Assembly (NCBI GenBank): GCA_949283535.1
Contig: CASDTC010000004.1
Location: 4,579 to 68,578 of the forward strand
Direction of reading: 5' to 3'
From: an uncultured Pseudomonadota bacterium
GTDB taxonomy: Bacteria > Pseudomonadota > Alphaproteobacteria > Rs-D84
Length of the DNA stretch: 64,000 nucleotides
The notes beneath the pieces were generated by a model. That model searched no databases and was not told the DNA's origin. It was given only the letters and a program-made list of their open reading frames with translations. Shown here piece by piece: positions 59,781-64,000 of the stretch. How positions within the stretch are numbered: the first letter of the stretch is position 1; the number at the start of each line of letters is the position of its first letter. The translations under genes were made by a program, and so were the position numbers.

Positions 59781-61838
59781 ATGTCAGTACCAGAAAGTGA
59801 TAATAAAATACAGATTATTCCGACACTTAATACGCGTTTAAAAGTTGTTCAAAAGCGTTCGGGGGAATCGGTTCCATTTGATTCGAAAAAAATATTCGAT
59901 GCAATTAAAAAGGCAGTTGCTGTCACTCATGAAATATCAGATGAGCAAATTGCCAATATAACACAAAATGCATTAACAAAACTGGAATTACAATTTATTG
60001 ATAAAAATCCGACTGTCGAAGATGTCCAAGAAGCAGTTATCGAATCACTGATGGACGCACATGCGTATAAGACAGCACAATCTTATATTATTTATCGTCA
60101 AAAACGGACGGAAATTCGTGATTCGTATGTTGATGCAATCGAAGTTATCGAAGGCTATGTTGGTGGTTCAAACTGGCGCATAAAAGAAAATGCAAATGTT
60201 GGATATTCCATTGGTGGGCTGATTTTGCGCACATCTGAACGGGTGACGGCGGAATACTGGCTGAATCTGTACCCACGCGAAGTCGCCGAAGCACACAAGA
60301 ATGCATCGGTTCATATTCATGACCTGGGGTGGTTAACCGGGTATTGCGCCGGTTGGTCATTGCGCGAGTTATTGTACGAAGGGTTCAATGGCGTCCCTGG
60401 ATACTTGCAATGCGAGCCAGCACGGCATATGGCAACGGCGATTTCGCATATGGTGAACTTCTTGGGTACATTACAGAATGAATTTGCCGGCGCCCAGGCG
60501 TTTTCTTCGGTGGATACATATCTGGCACCATATGTTCGCGTGGATAATCTGTCGTATGCCGATGTTAAAAATGCCATGCAAACATTAATCTTTAACTGTG
60601 CGGTGCCATGTCGTTGGGGAACCCAGACACCATTTATTAACTTTACATTTGATTGGACATGTCCAGAAGACTTAAAAAACCAGCATCCGTTCGTTGGCAA
60701 AAAGCAAATGGATTTCACATATGGCGATTTACAACATGAAATGGACATTATTAATAAAGCATTTTTAGATGTTATGACCGAAGGCGATGCAATGGGACGT
60801 CCATTTACATTCCCAATTCCAACATATAATATAACCAAAGATTTCCCATGGGATCATCCAAATGTAAAACCGTTATTTGACCTGGCGGCAAAATATGGAA
60901 TTCCGAATTTCCAGAATTTCTTGAATTCCGATTTAAATCCAACAGATGTGCGTTCAATGTGTTGTCGGTTGCGTTTGGATGTGCGTGAATTATTAAAGCG
61001 CGGGGGCGGTCTGTTTGGGTCTGCGGAAAAAACGGGTTCAATTGGTGTTGTTACAATTAACCTGGCGCGATTGGGATATACACACAAAGGTGATCGGGAT
61101 GGGCTGTTCCGCGAATTAAAGCGTTTGTTGGATTTAGCCCGTGATTCGTTGGAAATCAAACGGCGCATAATTACAAAAAATATGGAACGCGGGCTGTATC
61201 CATTTACACGCCGTTATCTGGGCAATTGGAATCACCATTTTTCAACAATTGGGGTAAATGGCGCAAACGAAATGGTTCGCAATTTTACAAATGATAAAGA
61301 AAATATTGCGACACCAATGGGTAAAAAATTGGTATTGGATTTAATGGATTTTATTCGTGAAAACCTGGTTCAATTCCAAGAGCAAACAGGCAATCTGTAT
61401 AATTTAGAAGCCACCCCAGCCGAGGGATGTTCATACCGATTTGCAAAAACAGATGTCAAAAATTTCCCAGACATCATAACGGCGGGAACCAAAGATGCAC
61501 CATATTATACAAATTCAACACAATTGCCAGTGAATTATACAGATGACCCATTCGTTGCACTGGAACACCAAGAAGATTTACAGCGCAAATATACGGGCGG
61601 GACAATGTTGCACCTGTATATGGGCGAACCGGTATCCAGTGGGGCGGCGGCGGAAAAAATTGTGCGTACGATTTTTGAAAACTACAAGATTCCGTATATG
61701 ACATTAACACCGACATTTTCAATCTGTCCAAAGCATGGATATTTACCAGGTCGGCATGAATTCTGTCCAAAGTGTGATGCGGAAATTGCCGCGAATCAGA
61801 ATGCAGTGGAATCAGCGGCAGAAACAGTTTTGAAATAA
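59781..61838 (+). CDS. nrdD: anaerobic ribonucleoside-triphosphate reductase, catalytic body (no glycyl-radical motif in this ORF)
   Basis: ATP-cone N-terminus and class III RNR core. C-terminal zinc-ribbon ICPKHGY...FCPKCD. Ends 30 nt before the ORF that carries the Gly-radical motif. Confidence 0.85.
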   Translation: MSVPESDNKIQIIPTLNTRLKVVQKRSGESVPFDSKKIFDAIKKAVAVTHEISDEQIANITQNALTKLELQFIDKNPTVEDVQEAVIESLMDAHAYKTAQSYIIYRQKRTEIRDSYVDAIEVIEGYVGGSNWRIKENANVGYSIGGLILRTSERVTAEYWLNLYPREVAEAHKNASVHIHDLGWLTGYCAGWSLRELLYEGFNGVPGYLQCEPARHMATAISHMVNFLGTLQNEFAGAQAFSSVDTYLAPYVRVDNLSYADVKNAMQTLIFNCAVPCRWGTQTPFINFTFDWTCPEDLKNQHPFVGKKQMDFTYGDLQHEMDIINKAFLDVMTEGDAMGRPFTFPIPTYNITKDFPWDHPNVKPLFDLAAKYGIPNFQNFLNSDLNPTDVRSMCCRLRLDVRELLKRGGGLFGSAEKTGSIGVVTINLARLGYTHKGDRDGLFRELKRLLDLARDSLEIKRRIITKNMERGLYPFTRRYLGNWNHHFSTIGVNGANEMVRNFTNDKENIATPMGKKLVLDLMDFIRENLVQFQEQTGNLYNLEATPAEGCSYRFAKTDVKNFPDIITAGTKDAPYYTNSTQLPVNYTDDPFVALEHQEDLQRKYTGGTMLHLYMGEPVSSGAAAEKIVRTIFENYKIPYMTLTPTFSICPKHGYLPGRHEFCPKCDAEIAANQNAVESAAETVLK

Positions 61839-61869
61839 ACAACAAAACAAAGAAAGGGAGGAAAACATT

Positions 61870-62058
61870 ATGTCAGCAACAGAAAACGCGCAAAGAACAC
61901 CATGTGAAGTATTCTCACGTTCAATGGGTTTTATCAGACCTGTTTCCAACTTTAATATCGGAAAATATTCTGAATTTTGCGAAAGAAAAACATTTACAGA
62001 GGCAAACAGCCTGACCACAGGGCAACGCCACAGTGAATTAATGAAAAAAGCGGCATAA
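61870..62058 (+). CDS. separate 62-aa ORF carrying the NrdD-type glycyl-radical motif
   Basis: EVFSRSMGFIRPVSNFNIGKYSEFCERK matches the NrdD C-terminal RVxGY....WN.GK..E..DR pattern. Strong RBS aaagggagg. Either a genuinely split NrdD or a frameshift. Confidence 0.5.
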   Translation: MSATENAQRTPCEVFSRSMGFIRPVSNFNIGKYSEFCERKTFTEANSLTTGQRHSELMKKAA

Positions 62059-62062
62059 GGTT

Positions 62063-62764
62063 ATGAGAGAGATTCAGATTGGTGGATTGGTGTCGTTCAC
62101 GACAATTGATTATCCCGGGAAATTGGCAGCGGTGCTGTTTCTGGTGGGATGTCCATTGCGATGTGCGTATTGTTCCAATCCACATCTGATGTCTGTACAT
62201 GATGGCGAATACGACCCAAACAAAGTTTTCGATTGGCTGAAAAGTCGTGTTGGAAAATTAGAGGCAGTTGTATTTTCTGGCGGTGAAGCATTAATGCACG
62301 GCGATGCATTAATTGATTATATGCGCCGTGTTCGCGATTTGGGATTCGCAATTGGGCTGCATACAAATGGTTTTTATCCAGAAACGCTGGCACGTGCCGC
62401 CGATGTTGTTGACTGGATTGGTTTGGATTACAAGGCACGGCGTGAAAAATACGGCGAACTGGTTGGGCAAAATATCGCGCATGACCATATGATTCGCAGC
62501 CTGGATATATGGCAATCCACCGGCAAGGATTTTGAGGTTCGCATTACATGCGATCCGCGATTTGTATCAAAAATGGATTTGATGGAAATTGCAAATGATT
62601 TGCATATGCGTGGGGTAAAAAATTTTGCGGTTCAAAAATATATTCCGCACTATGAAGATTCAACACATAACACAACACCAGAACAGCGGAATCAATTCTT
62701 TAATGATGACAATTTGCGTAATACAATAAATGCACTGTTTGATTCTGTTATTTGGCGTGAATAG
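62063..62764 (+). CDS. nrdG: anaerobic ribonucleotide reductase activating protein (radical SAM)
   Basis: CPLRCAYCSNP CxxxCxxC motif. 233 aa. Confidence 0.85.
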   Translation: MREIQIGGLVSFTTIDYPGKLAAVLFLVGCPLRCAYCSNPHLMSVHDGEYDPNKVFDWLKSRVGKLEAVVFSGGEALMHGDALIDYMRRVRDLGFAIGLHTNGFYPETLARAADVVDWIGLDYKARREKYGELVGQNIAHDHMIRSLDIWQSTGKDFEVRITCDPRFVSKMDLMEIANDLHMRGVKNFAVQKYIPHYEDSTHNTTPEQRNQFFNDDNLRNTINALFDSVIWRE

Positions 62765-62800
62765 GTTGATTTCTGGATATTTATCGAATATCATCCGTTT

Positions 62801-63295
62801 ATGGAAATAAATCAATTTTTTATTGATGAATACGATTCACCAGTTGGGAAAATAACACTGGCGGCGGTGAACGATGCGCTGTGCGGGCTGTGGTTTGTGG
62901 GGCAAAAATATTATTGTGCCGGCATGCCGGAAAAATTCACAACATGCGTAGATACACCGATACTGCAACATGCAAAACAATGGCTGGATAAATATTTCGC
63001 CGGAATGCAACCATGCGCCACAGAATTAAAAATATCACCACATGGCACAGAATTCCAACAACAGGTATGGCACGCATTGATTGATATTCCATATGGGCAT
63101 GTTGCGACATATGGCGACATTGCGCGGCGCGTTGGCGCAAAATCCCCGCGCGCTGTTGGTGGTGCAATTGGGCATAATCCGATATCAATAATTATACCAT
63201 GCCATCGCGTGGTGGGCGCAAACGGAAATATGACCGGATATGCCGGTGGCATTCAAATAAAACAAAAATTATTATTACACGAAGGCACAATATGA
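62801..63295 (+). CDS. ogt: methylated-DNA--protein-cysteine methyltransferase
   Basis: IPCHRVV active-site motif and HTH GHVATYGDIARRVG. Confidence 0.85.
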   Translation: MEINQFFIDEYDSPVGKITLAAVNDALCGLWFVGQKYYCAGMPEKFTTCVDTPILQHAKQWLDKYFAGMQPCATELKISPHGTEFQQQVWHALIDIPYGHVATYGDIARRVGAKSPRAVGGAIGHNPISIIIPCHRVVGANGNMTGYAGGIQIKQKLLLHEGTI

Positions 63296-63864
63296 CACAT
63301 TCAAACACATGGTCTGATGGCAAATGTCGCTGTCATTGGGCAAATCCAAAAAATGAACGATATGTAAAATATCATGATACTGTGTGGGGTGCGGGCGTGC
63401 ATGATGATGCACAATTGTTTGAAATGTTAATACTGGAAACATTCCAGGCGGGATTATCGTGGGAATGCATATTAAATAAAACCGATGAATTTCGTCATGC
63501 ATTTGATAATTTTGATGCGGACAAAATCTGTAATTATGATGAAATGAAAATAAATGAACTGACCAATAATGCCGGCATTATTCGAAACCGGCGCAAGATT
63601 TGCGCCGCCATAAATAACGCCCGCGTATTTTTGAAAATACAGCATGAATATGGCACATTTGATAAATACCTGTGGCAATGGACGCATGGGCATACGATAT
63701 ATGAATATGGCATTACCCAATCAGAATTATCAGATAAAATATCCGATGATTTGCGGCGGCGCGGGATGCAATTTGTTGGAACAACAACCATTTATGCATA
63801 TTTACAGGCGATTGGCATAATAAATGCGCATGAACCGGGATGCTGGTTATATAAAAAATCATAA
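63292..63864 (+). CDS. tag: DNA-3-methyladenine glycosylase I
   Basis: ETFQAGLSWECILNKTDEFRHAFDNFD matches Tag. ATGA overlap with the ogt stop. Terminator at about 63890-63920. Confidence 0.85.
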   Translation: MTHSNTWSDGKCRCHWANPKNERYVKYHDTVWGAGVHDDAQLFEMLILETFQAGLSWECILNKTDEFRHAFDNFDADKICNYDEMKINELTNNAGIIRNRRKICAAINNARVFLKIQHEYGTFDKYLWQWTHGHTIYEYGITQSELSDKISDDLRRRGMQFVGTTTIYAYLQAIGIINAHEPGCWLYKKS

Positions 63865-64000
63865 TGTTTATATCGTATCATGCATTATAAAAACACGGGG
63901 CAAATGCCCCGTGTTTTTATTTCCAATTATCTGGTATTTGATCATAATCCGACAGACCGGTTGCGCTACGATATGTCATCATAGAATCAACATCGGGCCA

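Noticed and set aside
1-64000. CRISPR arrays, IS elements, integrases, rRNA genes
   Set aside because: I looked for regularly spaced direct repeats with unique spacers, DDE or HUH transposase and tyrosine/serine recombinase motifs, and rRNA signature blocks. None were found in this window.

Overview
This 64-kb window comes from a low-GC (roughly 40%) bacterial chromosome. The ZapA gene paired with a small coiled-coil ZauP/ZapB-like gene, an alphaproteobacterial-type L33, and tRNA-His with an encoded G-1 suggest an alphaproteobacterium of a Rickettsiales/Holosporales-like lineage. That placement is inference only. Most of the window is housekeeping: ackA, a BepA-like M48 protease, recG, rne, rph, frr-uppS-cdsA-rseP-bamA, yraN, birA, parC, zapA, radC, map, holA, lptE, nrdD-nrdG, ogt, tag, rpmG, and six tRNA loci (His, Ala, Asp, Glu, Leu, plus a Leu 3' fragment). 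The accessory content is denser than expected. (1) At 19.7-32.6 kb there is a T7-like podovirus head/tail/lysis cluster on the minus strand (scaffold, capsid, tail tubular A and B, fibre stub, portal). It lacks RNAP, internal core proteins, a receptor-binding fibre domain and an integrase. It carries a lysine/alanine-repeat histone-H1-like gene between scaffold and capsid. Its large terminase gene is split into ATPase and nuclease halves by a 3.3-kb opposite-strand insert encoding dnaB, a CI-like repressor and a hypothetical protein. It may be a domesticated, GTA-like particle system. (2) A Slam (TPR + DUF560 barrel) locus sits with two paralogous TbpB-like surface lipoproteins. (3) Scattered type IV secretion parts are present: a tandem VirB8-like pair directly after bamA and an orphan VirB11-like ATPase. 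(4) A MITE-like repeat family is present in two copies that share an identical 56-bp core. (5) tRNA-Leu and tRNA-His each have a partial 3' duplicate nearby, which look like integration scars. (6) A promoter-to-terminator unit of about 200 nt has a CU-rich anti-Shine-Dalgarno-like hairpin loop, a candidate sRNA. (7) nrdD has its glycyl-radical motif encoded in a separate 62-codon ORF. (8) Two paralogous proteins share an unrecognised GGTRAWRNNNPGNIRY domain, two cysteine-rich proteins are present, and two short HTH paralogs are present. No CRISPR array, transposase or integrase was seen. Coordinates derived from the ORF track are exact. RNA, repeat and regulatory coordinates were read by eye and may be off by 1-2 nt.
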